Of a stretch of 64,000 bases of DNA, positions 17,900-28,948 are shown one piece after another. Under the pieces are notes generated by a model. The model had not been told where the DNA came from. It did not search any database and worked only from the letters and a program-made list of their open reading frames with translations. Origin of the DNA: a bacterium (lineage in GTDB: Bacteria > SAR324 > NAC60-12); NCBI GenBank assembly GCA_965205865.1, contig CBDBHR010000029.1, forward strand, positions 416,001-480,000. Reading direction: 5' to 3'. How positions within the stretch are numbered: position 1 is the first letter of the stretch; each line of letters opens with the position of its first letter. The translations under genes and the position numbers were made by a program.

Positions 17900-18043
17900 G
17901 TAACTATTCAGGTGCGAAAACACTGTGCTAGAGGTCGACAGAACCTCTAAATTGCGTCAAAATACCTCAAAAGTAGATGATTTAGTGGGCTTTTTCTAAG
18001 GAAAATACCCGCAAACCCAGGAAACTCGCACCTGAATAGTTAC
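17900..18043. mobile_element. 144-bp MITE, IS66-like ends, upstream of glnA
   Basis: Perfect 18-bp TIR GTAACTATTCAGGTGCGA / TCGCACCTGAATAGTTAC; 8-bp duplication ACTCATTG at 17892-17899 and 18044-18051. Confidence 0.9.
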
Positions 18044-18148
18044 ACTCATTGATTCAATAAAATTGACCAACATGTAACCCAACCTCAGTGCGAATTTAAC
18101 GATTTCACTGATTCAGTTCCTTCCAGCAATAAAGAAAGGGAGACTCGT

Positions 18149-19561
18149 ATGACACCAAAAGAATTGATTACATTTGTTAAAGAAAACAACGTAGAGTTTA
18201 TTGATTTGCGTTTCATTGACCTTCCGGGAGTGTGGCAGCATTTTTCGATTCCTGCGCATGGCTTGACGGAAGATGTCTTTGAAGAAGGAGCCGGATTTGA
18301 TGGTTCCAGTATTCGTGGATTTCAGGGAATTCAAGAAAGCGACATGTTGCTCTTTCCAGATTCGGAAGGGCATTTCATGGATCCTTTCACCAAGGTATCG
18401 ACCCTGAATGTTATCTGTGACATTGGGGATCCGGTCACCGGGGAACGCTATTCCAAAGATCCACGATATGTCTCCCAAAAGGCGGAAAATTATCTAAAAT
18501 CGACAGGCATTGGAGATACCATTTATTTTGGACCGGAAGCCGAGTTTTTTATTTTCGATGACATTCGTTTTGATCAGACCTATCATCATGGTTTCTACTA
18601 TATCGATTCGGAAGAAGGCTTTTGGAATTCAGGCAAAGAAGAAAATCCGAATCTCGGATATAAACCTCGCTATAAAGAAGGGTATTTCCCCGTTCCCCCG
18701 ATGGACAGTCAGCAGGATATTCGTTCTGAAATGGTGATGGAAATGGAAAAAGCCGGGATTGAAATCGAAGTCCATCACCATGAAGTAGGAACTGCGGGTC
18801 AAGCCGAAATCGATATGCGTTTTGACACGATGACGAAGATGGCGGACAAACTGATCACTTACAAGTATATTGTGAAGAATGTGGCAAAACGTTATGGAAA
18901 AACAGCGACCTTTATGCCTAAACCCATTTTTGAGGACAATGGTTCCGGAATGCATTGTCATCAGAGCATTTGGCAGGACGGTAAAAACACTTTCTTCGGG
19001 CAGGGTTATGCGGGGTTGAGCGACGAAGCCCGCTGGTATATCGGTGGATTGCTGGAACATGCCCCGGCATTGTGCGCGTTTATCAATCCGACCACCAATT
19101 CCTATCGACGGCTGGTTCCCGGTTATGAAGCGCCAATCTATTTGGTTTATTCCCAAAGGAATCGCAGTGCGGCATGCCGGATTCCGATGTATTCTGCAAA
19201 TGAAGTAGCAAAGCGCGTGGAATTCCGTACCCCGGATCCTTCTTGCAATGGCTACTTGGCTTTTGCCGCCATGTTGATGGCCGGTCTGGATGGAATTCAA
19301 AATAAAATCGAGCCACCTGTTCCGATGGATAAAAATATTTACGATTTGAGCCCGGAAGATGCCGGAGATATCCGCGGTGTGCCTGCCAGTTTGGATGAGG
19401 CGCTCGACAATCTGGAAAAAGGTGGAGATTTCTTGCTCAAGGGCGGGGTTTTCACCGAAGATTTGATCGAAAGTTGGCTGGAGTACAAACGGGAAGTAGA
19501 AGTTGATGGCATGCGACTGCGTCCTCATCCTTATGAGTTTGCTTTGTACTTCGATATTTAA
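18149..19561 (+). CDS. glnA: Glutamine synthetase type I
   Basis: [40 protein letters not shown], adenylylation loop KNIYDL. Confidence 0.98.
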   Translation: MTPKELITFVKENNVEFIDLRFIDLPGVWQHFSIPAHGLTEDVFEEGAGFDGSSIRGFQGIQESDMLLFPDSEGHFMDPFTKVSTLNVICDIGDPVTGERYSKDPRYVSQKAENYLKSTGIGDTIYFGPEAEFFIFDDIRFDQTYHHGFYYIDSEEGFWNSGKEENPNLGYKPRYKEGYFPVPPMDSQQDIRSEMVMEMEKAGIEIEVHHHEVGTAGQAEIDMRFDTMTKMADKLITYKYIVKNVAKRYGKTATFMPKPIFEDNGSGMHCHQSIWQDGKNTFFGQGYAGLSDEARWYIGGLLEHAPALCAFINPTTNSYRRLVPGYEAPIYLVYSQRNRSAACRIPMYSANEVAKRVEFRTPDPSCNGYLAFAAMLMAGLDGIQNKIEPPVPMDKNIYDLSPEDAGDIRGVPASLDEALDNLEKGGDFLLKGGVFTEDLIESWLEYKREVEVDGMRLRPHPYEFALYFDI

Positions 19562-19595
19562 TTTCAAGGGGATCCTATAAAGGTCCCCGGATTCC

Positions 19596-22500
19596 ATGGA
19601 GACGATGTCAGAGTGGATGCAAAGTCTTATTGGACAATGTCAGGCTGATTCCGATTGGAATCAGCCACTTTCCGCTTATCTTCGAAGAAACGGTTTTTCC
19701 GCTTCCGATTCAATCCTACCTCTATTTCAAGAACTTCGCCGCCTTCCGGGATTTTCCGCACGATTCGAAAAAATCCTTCCTCCTTTGCTGTTGTCCGGTG
19801 ATTTAAAAAAAGCTCTAGTCCTGCTTGACGATTTTTGCGTGCTATTTGAAGAGAAAGTCTGCCATCCATTTGATTTCAATCATCCCCATTCGCCGGCACT
19901 TTTGAGTATTTTTGCAACCAGCGAATTCCTCACCCGACACTTACTGAAGTATCCTCGACTCGGCGCGACCGTACTGGAATCACCCTTTCTGCTGCAGTGC
20001 AAGTCGTTGCAGACGATGCTCGCTGAACTGTTGGAACGACTGAATCAATACGACTTTCTGGATAAAACTATTCTGAAAAAAGAGCTTCGTCTTTTCAAAT
20101 ATGAAGAGTTTTTGCGGATCACCATACGGGATTTGGCAGAAATAGCGCCTTTTGTGGAAATATTGGAAGAACTGACCGCAGTAGCAACCTGTTGTGCTCA
20201 AATTGCCCTGGAAGGGGCTCACAAAATCGCTCAGGGGATCATTCCTTTCAAAATCCCGCATGATGCTTCAGAACAGCCAGCACTGTTTCAGCAGTCCGCC
20301 CCTTTCATTGTCTTGGGTCTCGGAAAACTGGGGGGTAATGAATTGAATTATTCCTCCGATATCGATCCGATGTTGATTTGTACTGAAGATCCCAATGAAT
20401 ACGACCATCCACTGACCGCCGATAAAACCTTGATCAAAACCGCTCAGTGTTGGATTGAAATGCTTGGAGAGACAACTGAAGATGGATTTGTGGCACGAAT
20501 TGATATGCGCCTCCGTCCAGGAGGAGAAACCGCTCCTCTCTTCCAGAGTCTGGAAGGAACGGAGTTTTACTATGAAACCCAGGGAACAACCTGGGAACGG
20601 CAAGCCCTGGTCAAAGCCAGACCTGTTGCAGGTAACCTGACGGCTGGCACGATGCTTCTCAAGAATCTCTCTCCGTTCATTTACAGCAAACAGATTGATA
20701 AAAACATGCACAGCGAGATTCGAAAGATCAAGGAGCGGATTGAAAAGGAACACCTCAAAGAGCATTTGAATGTCAAATTGGGGGTGGGTGGTATTCGAGA
20801 AATTGAATTTTTTGTCCAGATTTTCCAACTCCTCTATGGTGGATCACAACCTTTTCTGCGCTTGCAAAATACCTTGAAGACGATCGACCTCTTAGCGCAA
20901 AAAAACTACATCCCTTTTTCGGATGCTAACGCCCTTCGGCATGCTTATATCTACTTACGTAAGTTGGAACATCGACTGCAAATGGTCCAGGAACTCCAAA
21001 CCCATGTCATTCCCGGAGACGTGAGACAGCAACAGATTCTGGCACGGCATATGGGGTATGAGGAAGAAGATATTGAAAGAGCGCGTCGTCATTTTCTCCA
21101 GGATCTCAAAGATGCCATGTTCCGAGTGCGTTCTATTTTCAGCGCTTTGTTTGACCAGGAGTACCTTGAAATAGAAGCCGCAATCCGCAACAACACGCAT
21201 TTTGTTGATATTTCTACAGAGGAGCATGCGCTTTTCGAGAATTCGGCACGTCAATTCGCTGCACTCATCCGCCAATCGGAAAGTGCGCATACCGATGCAT
21301 CTCGTAAAGATACCAACCCGCTTGCCCTTCGTTTTCAGCAGCTGTTCGAACGCATTCAAGCCCGAGTGGATTACTATCAACACTTACTAGAACACCCCGC
21401 TTCCCTGCAACGCTTGTCCCGTATTGCTGAAACCAGTGAATTTCTCTGGAATTATCTGCTTAACCACTTGGAACTGCTCAAACAGTTGGATGCCAGAGAA
21501 ATTCTGCATTCTCGTGTCGATTGGGAAGCACAATTAGCAGCAAAACTGGATGAATGTGAGGGAGAAGAAGATTGCTTGGACGCTTTAAGAGAATTCAAGC
21601 ATGCCATCACTTTTTTAATTGGTAGTGCGGAGTTGGAAGGCATCCAGTTTTATGAGCAAGCACGGCAACGCTTGACCATACTTGCCGAAGTTATCTTGCA
21701 AGCAACCTATCTTATCGTCCGAGAGCAAATGAGCGAACGATTCGGGTTTCCCTATACCTGCAAAGAACCCGCACGTCTGGCAATTATAGGCATGGGAAAA
21801 TTGGGAGGCAGTGAGTTGACATACCATTCGGATTTGGATCTCATTTTTATTTGTTCCGGGGAAGGGACAACATCCGGTCCCAGGCAAATCAGCAATTACG
21901 AATATTATGCTAAATTGATCCAGCGTCTCATCTCAGCACTTTCTTCCTTCACTCGAAATGGATATGCCTATCGAGTGGACACCCGTCTTCGTCCTTCGGG
22001 AAATGACGGACCTTTGGTCAGTACTTTGTCCTACTACGAAACCTATCATCAGACTTCCTTACCTTGGGAACGGCAGGCACTACTCAAAGGAAGGGTTGTT
22101 GCAGGAGACTTGGAGCATGACTGGGTTGTTGCGGTAGAAGAAACAAAAACGAGGGCCATTTTCGGAAACCGTATCCCCAAAGACCTCAAACAACAAATTG
22201 CGCACCTACGCGGACGAAAGGAAAAAGAGGTTTTGCAAGAAACGGAGCACCAGAAAAATATCAAAGAAGGATATGGAGGCATGCTCGATATTGAATACCT
22301 CACTCAATATCTGCAAATGTCTTGTGGAGAAAAAATCCCGGATTTGCAAAACCCCCGTACCTTGGAGGTCTTGAGAAAATTAGAAAAACACCAAATTCTG
22401 GATCACCCCACAAGTGAGACGTTGAGAAAGGCCTATACTTTTTATCGCCTGATGGAAAGCTATCTGCGCTTGCTTTGTGACACTGATACCAACATGCTCG

Positions 22501-22643
22501 ATTTCGATCACTTGCAATCCCGGAAGTTGATTGCGTTTTTGCATCATCATGGCTTCTCCGTTACCAATGTCTATAAAACATACCAAAAAACCAGTCAAAC
22601 CGTCCGCAGCCTTTATTCACAAATCATGAAAGATGGTCCATGA
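19596..22643 (+). CDS. glnE: Bifunctional glutamine synthetase adenylyltransferase/deadenylase
   Basis: Two nucleotidyltransferase motifs GKLGGNELNYSSDID and GKLGGSELTYHSDLD; WERQAL twice; follows glnA. Confidence 0.93.
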   Translation: METMSEWMQSLIGQCQADSDWNQPLSAYLRRNGFSASDSILPLFQELRRLPGFSARFEKILPPLLLSGDLKKALVLLDDFCVLFEEKVCHPFDFNHPHSPALLSIFATSEFLTRHLLKYPRLGATVLESPFLLQCKSLQTMLAELLERLNQYDFLDKTILKKELRLFKYEEFLRITIRDLAEIAPFVEILEELTAVATCCAQIALEGAHKIAQGIIPFKIPHDASEQPALFQQSAPFIVLGLGKLGGNELNYSSDIDPMLICTEDPNEYDHPLTADKTLIKTAQCWIEMLGETTEDGFVARIDMRLRPGGETAPLFQSLEGTEFYYETQGTTWERQALVKARPVAGNLTAGTMLLKNLSPFIYSKQIDKNMHSEIRKIKERIEKEHLKEHLNVKLGVGGIREIEFFVQIFQLLYGGSQPFLRLQNTLKTIDLLAQKNYIPFSDANALRHAYIYLRKLEHRLQMVQELQTHVIPGDVRQQQILARHMGYEEEDIERARRHFLQDLKDAMFRVRSIFSALFDQEYLEIEAAIRNNTHFVDISTEEHALFENSARQFAALIRQSESAHTDASRKDTNPLALRFQQLFERIQARVDYYQHLLEHPASLQRLSRIAETSEFLWNYLLNHLELLKQLDAREILHSRVDWEAQLAAKLDECEGEEDCLDALREFKHAITFLIGSAELEGIQFYEQARQRLTILAEVILQATYLIVREQMSERFGFPYTCKEPARLAIIGMGKLGGSELTYHSDLDLIFICSGEGTTSGPRQISNYEYYAKLIQRLISALSSFTRNGYAYRVDTRLRPSGNDGPLVSTLSYYETYHQTSLPWERQALLKGRVVAGDLEHDWVVAVEETKTRAIFGNRIPKDLKQQIAHLRGRKEKEVLQETEHQKNIKEGYGGMLDIEYLTQYLQMSCGEKIPDLQNPRTLEVLRKLEKHQILDHPTSETLRKAYTFYRLMESYLRLLCDTDTNMLDFDHLQSRKLIAFLHHHGFSVTNVYKTYQKTSQTVRSLYSQIMKDGP

Positions 22644-22762
22644 AATCAGCTTTTATTTGAGCATCGAATGGGCTATACTTTTTATTGGAAAAATCACTAT
22701 TGCCAGGGCGAACATTGCTTTAAAGACCATCGGAATTTCCCTTTACATACCATGAGGAAAAA

Positions 22763-23332
22763 TTGTACGAAACATCGGATATTCGAAAAGGACTAAGAAT
22801 CGAACTGAACGAAAGTCCTTTCCAGATCATAGAATACCAATTTGTCAAACCTGGTAAAGGGAATGCTTTTACCAGAACCAAAGTCCGCAATATGATCACC
22901 GGAGCAGTCTTGGACCGCACTTTTAAAACCGGAGAGAAATTGAAACCGGCTGATACCGAAGACCGGGAAATGCAATATCTCTACAGTGATGAGAGCGATT
23001 TTTTTTTCATGGACAACACTTCCTATGAGCAAATCAGTCTGGAAAAAGAGGTTGTTGGAGACGCGGCGCATTACTTAATTGAAGGCATGCAAGTGACCAT
23101 TGGTTTTTTCAATGGAAGACCAATTGGCCTCAACCTGCCAAATTTTGTCATCCTGGAAGTCGTAGAAACGTCCCCGGGAGAGAAAGGCAATACGGTGACG
23201 GGCGCAAGTAAACCCGCGTCTCTGGTCACCGGTTATTCAGTGAATGTTCCACTTTTTATTAAAACAGGAGAATTGCTGAAAATTGATACGCGTACCGGTG
23301 AATACGTAGAACGAATGAAAGCGTACCAATAA
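22763..23332 (+). CDS. efp: Elongation factor P
   Basis: KPGKGNAF, VPLFIKTGE..KIDTRTGEYVER; TTG start with GAGG RBS. Confidence 0.97.
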   Translation: MYETSDIRKGLRIELNESPFQIIEYQFVKPGKGNAFTRTKVRNMITGAVLDRTFKTGEKLKPADTEDREMQYLYSDESDFFFMDNTSYEQISLEKEVVGDAAHYLIEGMQVTIGFFNGRPIGLNLPNFVILEVVETSPGEKGNTVTGASKPASLVTGYSVNVPLFIKTGELLKIDTRTGEYVERMKAYQ

Positions 23333-23338
23333 CAAATC

Positions 23339-24259
23339 ATGAAGCGAAATTTTATCTCCATATTGGATTGGACTTCTGAAGAAATTAAAGCCAATCTGGA
23401 ACTGGCGCAAGAAATGAAAGAGGCGACCCAAGAGGGAAAATGTCCACGATTCCTGGATCAAAAAACCTATGCCATGATTTTTCACAAGGCTTCGTTGCGG
23501 ACTCGGATATCTTTCGAAGTGGGCATTTTTCAACTGGGGGGCAAGACGATTCATCTGACAGCCAATGACTTTGAATTTGGAAAACGTGAGTCGATCCGGG
23601 ATGTTGCGAAGGTCGTTTCCCGCTTTGTGGATGGGATTTTGATCCGCACATTCGACCATCAGCATGTAGTGGAACTCGCCGAGTATGCGGAAGTTCCGGT
23701 GGTCAATATGTTAACCGACTGGGAGCACCCCTGCCAAATCATGGCAGATGTTTTGACAATCCAGGAACATTTGGGCGAGTTGGAAAACTTGAAGGTCGTG
23801 TATTTGGGAGATGGGAACAATGTGACCCATTCTTGGCTTGGTATGGCTGCTCGTTTGCCCTTTCATCTATGTGTCGCAACGGCTCCGGAAACCAAGCCGG
23901 ACATGGAATTGTTTGAGGCAGTGAGAGATTTAGGAATATCCACTGTCTCTCTTTGCCATTCTGCAAAGGAAGCCGTACAGGAGGCCGATGTCTTGTATAC
24001 GGACGTCTGGGCGAGTATGGGACAGAAAGAGCAGTTCGCTTCGAAATCTGCGCAGTTGAAAGATTTTCAAGTGAATCAAGAATTGTTGAGTCACGCAAAG
24101 CTCAATACGCTGGTGATGCATTGTTTGCCAGCAGAACGGGGGCGGGAAATCACAGACGATGTGGTGGATGGTCCGCAATCGGTAGTTTTGGATCAAGCAG
24201 AAAATCGGCTTCATGCGCAAAAAGCAATACTTGCGCAGTTGGCCCGCTGGCAGCACTAA
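23339..24259 (+). CDS. argF: Ornithine carbamoyltransferase
   Basis: SLRTR, HPCQ, GDGNN, DVWASMG, HCLP. Confidence 0.92.
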   Translation: MKRNFISILDWTSEEIKANLELAQEMKEATQEGKCPRFLDQKTYAMIFHKASLRTRISFEVGIFQLGGKTIHLTANDFEFGKRESIRDVAKVVSRFVDGILIRTFDHQHVVELAEYAEVPVVNMLTDWEHPCQIMADVLTIQEHLGELENLKVVYLGDGNNVTHSWLGMAARLPFHLCVATAPETKPDMELFEAVRDLGISTVSLCHSAKEAVQEADVLYTDVWASMGQKEQFASKSAQLKDFQVNQELLSHAKLNTLVMHCLPAERGREITDDVVDGPQSVVLDQAENRLHAQKAILAQLARWQH

Positions 24260-24305
24260 ACCTTAAACAACATCCTGATTTGATTCAATGGATGACGGAG
24301 GAGTT

Positions 24306-25598
24306 ATGACAGAATATGCGGTATTGCATCTTCCTGATGGAAAATCGATCGAATTACCCGTGATTGTTGGTTCTGAGAACGAGCATGCGATTGACATCAG
24401 CAAGTTGCGAAGTCAAACAAGTTATATAACAATGGACCCGGGATATGTCAATACGGGTGCATGTGAGAGTTCCATCACCTTTCTCGACGGCGAAAAAGGG
24501 ATCTTGCGTTATCGAGGGATTCCCATTGAACAATTGGCGGAGCACGCTACTTTTATCGAAGTGGCCTATCTATTGATTTACGGTAAATTGCCCAATCAAA
24601 AAGAGTTGCATCAATTTTCTGATGCCCTCAGTAGCCATGCGATGATTCATGAAGAGATGAAACATTTTTTTGAGAGCTTTTCCACCAACGCCCATCCCAT
24701 GGCTATTTTATCAGCAATGGTGGGATCACTTTCCGCATATTACAGCGATACCTCCGGAGAAGCCAACATGGCCCAACTGGATTTGAATACGGCCCGTCTG
24801 ATTTCTAAAATTCGCACCTTGGCTGCTTTTTCCTATAAAAAATCCCTGGGACAACCTTTCATTTACCCTAAAGATACACTTTCTTACTGCGCAAATTTTC
24901 TACGAATGATGTTTGCCGTGCCTGCAGAAGATTATCAGTTGGATGAAGATGTGGTTCATGCGCTCAATCTGCTTCTCATTCTTCATGCCGATCATGAGCA
25001 AAACTGCAGCACCTCTACGGTGCGGGGAGTGGGAAGTAGCCACGCCAATGTCTATGCTTCTGTTGCTGCCGGAATTCTAGCACTCTGGGGCCCCTTGCAC
25101 GGAGGAGCCAACCAACAAGTCATCGAGATGCTGGAGCATATACGCGCGGAAGGAGGAAATACGGAAAAATTTCTCGAAATGGCGAAGGACAAGAATTCCA
25201 GGTTTCGTTTGATGGGATTTGGACACAGGGTTTATAAGAATTATGATCCTCGAGCGAAAGTGATTAAAAGCGCCTGTGATCGGGTATTGAAGAAATTAGG
25301 GGTACAGGATCCTGTTTTGGACATTGCGATAGAATTGGAAGAGCGTGCCCTTTCCGAGGATTATTTCATAGAACGTAAACTTTTCCCCAATGTCGATTTT
25401 TATAGCGGCATCATCTATCGTGCCATAGGTATTCCTACCAACATGTTCACAGTTATGTTTGCCCTCGGACGACTACCTGGTTGGATTGCCCAGTGGAAAG
25501 AGATGATGGAAAACCCCAACCACCGCCTTGCTCGCCCCCGTCAAATCTATACAGGTTCCACAGCCACGGATTATATTCCTATTGAACAGCGTTCTTGA
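24306..25598 (+). CDS. gltA: Citrate synthase (type II)
   Basis: ADHEQN, GPLHGGAN, GFGHRVY, PNVDFYSG; ATG 24306 after GGAGGAG. Confidence 0.97.
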   Translation: MTEYAVLHLPDGKSIELPVIVGSENEHAIDISKLRSQTSYITMDPGYVNTGACESSITFLDGEKGILRYRGIPIEQLAEHATFIEVAYLLIYGKLPNQKELHQFSDALSSHAMIHEEMKHFFESFSTNAHPMAILSAMVGSLSAYYSDTSGEANMAQLDLNTARLISKIRTLAAFSYKKSLGQPFIYPKDTLSYCANFLRMMFAVPAEDYQLDEDVVHALNLLLILHADHEQNCSTSTVRGVGSSHANVYASVAAGILALWGPLHGGANQQVIEMLEHIRAEGGNTEKFLEMAKDKNSRFRLMGFGHRVYKNYDPRAKVIKSACDRVLKKLGVQDPVLDIAIELEERALSEDYFIERKLFPNVDFYSGIIYRAIGIPTNMFTVMFALGRLPGWIAQWKEMMENPNHRLARPRQIYTGSTATDYIPIEQRS

Positions 25599-25621
25599 AA
25601 AGGAGAGATATCAACGCGTCT

Positions 25622-26518
25622 TCAGGATTGTCCGTTTTGGACACGATCTTTTGTCTTGTTTGTGATGAGAGGAGCCAATTGCTCCACGGCCTTTGAGCGG
25701 TTGAGGGCATAAAGATGGATCCCATCCACCCCTTCTTTAAGAAGACCTTCGATTTGTTGCCTGGCAAAATCCAATCCTACCTGATACATCGCCTCGGCGT
25801 CTGTTTCATAACATTGTAATTCGTCAATCAAACGTGTGGGAATAAAACACCGACACATCTTGGCAAAGCGAGTGATTTGCGTTGCCGACAAGGCGGGCAT
25901 CACACCGGCTGCCAAAGGGACAGTCACTCCTCGGGAACGGACTTGATCACGCCATTTGAAAAAAAAATCGTTGTCCAGGAAAAATTGGGTGACGATGAAT
26001 TGAGCTCCTGCTTCAATTTTAAGCAGGAAATGTTCAAAATGCTCGTTCGGATCAGGAGTTTCAGGATGCCCTTCCGGATAACCGGCTGCCCCTATGCCAA
26101 AATCGCCACGTTGCTTCACGGCAGTAATCAATTCGCTGGCATACTCAAAACCATTTTCAGGTTTTTTGAATTGTGTTTCTCCGCGGGGAGGATCCCCCCG
26201 AAGGATCATGAGATTTTCAATGTTTACTTCTGCCAGATGATCGATCACTTCACGAATTTCTTCCCTAGTATGAGAAACACAAGTCAAGTGCGCCATGGCT
26301 TCAACAGCCAATTTACTTTTAATAAAGGATGCCAGCGCGTGCGTATTTTGACGGGTTCCTCCGCCAGCGCCGTAAGTCACGGAAATAAAATCTGGTGAGT
26401 ATTCTTGGAATATCGACAACTTTTCTTGAAGAGAAATCACTCCTTCTATTGTCTTAGGGGGAAAAATTTCGATAGAAAAAACAGGGGCATGGTGATGATA
26501 TAGATCGATGATACGCAT
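25622..26518 (-). CDS. metF: 5,10-methylenetetrahydrofolate reductase
   Basis: SIEIFPPK, SVTYGAGG, AHLTC, LRGD, YPEGH, TQFF. Confidence 0.95.
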   Translation of the reverse strand: MRIIDLYHHHAPVFSIEIFPPKTIEGVISLQEKLSIFQEYSPDFISVTYGAGGGTRQNTHALASFIKSKLAVEAMAHLTCVSHTREEIREVIDHLAEVNIENLMILRGDPPRGETQFKKPENGFEYASELITAVKQRGDFGIGAAGYPEGHPETPDPNEHFEHFLLKIEAGAQFIVTQFFLDNDFFFKWRDQVRSRGVTVPLAAGVMPALSATQITRFAKMCRCFIPTRLIDELQCYETDAEAMYQVGLDFARQQIEGLLKEGVDGIHLYALNRSKAVEQLAPLITNKTKDRVQNGQS

Positions 26519-26554
26519 ATTGAATTGGTCAGGGTAAATTAAAAAGCGAACCGT

Positions 26555-28924
26555 CTAGAACAAACCACTGATAGTAAAATTAAATTTGTCGGGAGACTCA
26601 CCCGGATGTTGATCCAGTTTTTGTCCGAATTCGAATCTTAAAACCCCAATGGGAGTAATCAGTCGTATTCCGATTCCTGCGCTGTGACGAAGATCAAAGA
26701 AACCCGGCTCTTTTTTGTCAAGAATGACATACTGCTCCGTTTCAGCATTGACGTTTCCAGCATCATAAAAAACAACGCCCCGGATGTTACTCACCGGATC
26801 ATTCTCCAATGGAAAAACGAGTTCCAGGTTAAATATCCGTCGAAAAATTCCGCCTTCCTGTAATTCGGTAATCTCTTGAGTTAAATCAGGAGGGACCTCT
26901 CCTCTGTCATAGGGACCGGCAATGGCACCAAAATCATGTCCTCGAACTGTACTGATGCCTCCAATGCGATAGCGGTCTTCACGGGGAATTTTCTTGCTTC
27001 CAATTTTTTCCAAGAATCCCAAACGGGTTTGGGCCATTAAGACAAGGGTCCGATTCTTGTTGAACGCCCAAAACTGCCGGTAGCGAAAGTCATATTCACG
27101 GAATTGGGTGTTTCCTCCCAATATCTTTCCACCCGTCTGTACGATCGTGAAGGCGGTATTGATCCCGGCATTGGGGAAAATAGGGTGATTTTGCGTATTG
27201 TATGTAAGGGACGGGGCGATGGATCGCTTGTGAATAGAAGGAGTGTCATGAACAAAGAGTCGGTCGACAGTACTGAAACGGATGGAAAAGCGCAAACGAC
27301 GATAAACAGGATAGCCGACGGATACTGAAAATCCGTTTTCTATCCGGTCATCCTCCGGATTCGAATCACTGGTAATGGATTTCCGGAAAAGCGTGACTGA
27401 AGAAGAAAAATGTGACCCGAAAACCCGCGGTTCAGTGAAGGTCACGCTGAAATCATTTCGTACCCCTTCCTGAGCAAATTTAGCATCGAAGCTCAACTTC
27501 TGTCCTCTCCCAAAGAGATTGATTTTCGAAGCTGAAACCCCTGCGGATAATTTAGACACTTCACTGTATCCCAATTGTGCCTGGAATGTTCCTGTTTGCG
27601 CTTCTTTTAAGGAAACAATAACGTCCAGAATATTGTCTTCCTCCTCCGTGGTCTCTTTTTCCAAAATCAAACCAGGTTCAAAAAATGCCAGCCTTTCCAG
27701 GTTGTCCTGGCTCTCTTTCAATTTTTTCCCGTTATAGAGTTCTCCTTCCTTGACCTCGAATTCCCGACGTATGACAAAATCCCGGGTTTCTACGTTTCCG
27801 GAAAATTCAACACGACCGATATAGGCTTTTTCCTTTTTCTCAATGTGATAGGTAACGTCAACTATGTGTTTTTGGTCATCAAGCCGAGTACGGGGAATCA
27901 CCCGAACAAAGGCATATCCTTGTTCCTGATAGACCTCATTCAATATTGCACGATCCTGATTTTGCAGAAAGGGATTGTAGACACTTCCTTCTTTTAACTC
28001 CAGCAGGGCCAGCAACGCTTCTTTATTCAGGAGGAGATCCCCACTGATATCCACTTTTCCCGTGAAATACTGTTGCCCTTCATTGATATTGAGGAATACC
28101 TCCAAGCGGCTGAATTCAGGATTATGAAAGAGGAGCACTCGGGGTTTGTCAATAAAAACCTTGATGTATCCTTCGGTGAGATAATTTTGCGCAATCAAGG
28201 CCAGATCCTGATTGACACGCTCTTCATTGAAAATACCCGACTCATTGAACCAGGAAAAACAATCGATCTCCGCGCTGGTGATAAAGCGCTTGATATCCAA
28301 TTCCGAAAAGAGTTGGTTGCCTTTCGTGTGGATATTGGTCAAAAAGACTTGGGGGGTTTCTTCAATGACAAAATCCACTCGATATTTTTTTTCGGTAATC
28401 GCTTCTGTATGTGTGGAAACTTTGGTGCGGACGTATCCTTCTTTGCGGTACAGACCCCGGATTATATTCTCATCCTGTTTGATTTTTGCCGGGTCATAAA
28501 TCCCATGATCTTTGGTCTGTATTGCCTCTTTGAGATCTTCTTCGGAAATCAAACGAGCCCCACTGAGTCGAATGGTCTGGATGCGTGGACGTTCCGTCAC
28601 CACAAAGCGCAATAAGAAGCCAGTTTCTTGCTGCTCCGTCTCTACCTGGACATTGCTGAACAATCCCATTTGATAAATGGCTTTGATATCCCGAATGATC
28701 CTTTGCCTGTCAATAGTTTGTCCAATCTGACTTTCAAGCTTGACGAGAATTTGTGAGGCTTCCAATTCGGATGTACCGACCACTTCGATTGCAGTAATAA
28801 CCGATTGTTGCGCCATACTTCGACCGACTACCAGCAATGAAAGAACAACAGTTAAAAGCATGCATAACAATAAAAACCGGAGGCAATTTCTCCAAACAGG
28901 TGATTGAGTCGCGGATAGGCTCAT
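26555..28924 (-). CDS. bamA: Outer membrane protein assembly factor BamA
   Basis: POTRA-like repeats, TRDFVIRRE, GG..TVRGH, terminal Phe. Confidence 0.92.
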   Translation of the reverse strand: MSLSATQSPVWRNCLRFLLLCMLLTVVLSLLVVGRSMAQQSVITAIEVVGTSELEASQILVKLESQIGQTIDRQRIIRDIKAIYQMGLFSNVQVETEQQETGFLLRFVVTERPRIQTIRLSGARLISEEDLKEAIQTKDHGIYDPAKIKQDENIIRGLYRKEGYVRTKVSTHTEAITEKKYRVDFVIEETPQVFLTNIHTKGNQLFSELDIKRFITSAEIDCFSWFNESGIFNEERVNQDLALIAQNYLTEGYIKVFIDKPRVLLFHNPEFSRLEVFLNINEGQQYFTGKVDISGDLLLNKEALLALLELKEGSVYNPFLQNQDRAILNEVYQEQGYAFVRVIPRTRLDDQKHIVDVTYHIEKKEKAYIGRVEFSGNVETRDFVIRREFEVKEGELYNGKKLKESQDNLERLAFFEPGLILEKETTEEEDNILDVIVSLKEAQTGTFQAQLGYSEVSKLSAGVSASKINLFGRGQKLSFDAKFAQEGVRNDFSVTFTEPRVFGSHFSSSVTLFRKSITSDSNPEDDRIENGFSVSVGYPVYRRLRFSIRFSTVDRLFVHDTPSIHKRSIAPSLTYNTQNHPIFPNAGINTAFTIVQTGGKILGGNTQFREYDFRYRQFWAFNKNRTLVLMAQTRLGFLEKIGSKKIPREDRYRIGGISTVRGHDFGAIAGPYDRGEVPPDLTQEITELQEGGIFRRIFNLELVFPLENDPVSNIRGVVFYDAGNVNAETEQYVILDKKEPGFFDLRHSAGIGIRLITPIGVLRFEFGQKLDQHPGESPDKFNFTISGLF

Positions 28925-28948
28925 GGCTTTCAGGAATAGATTTTAATT

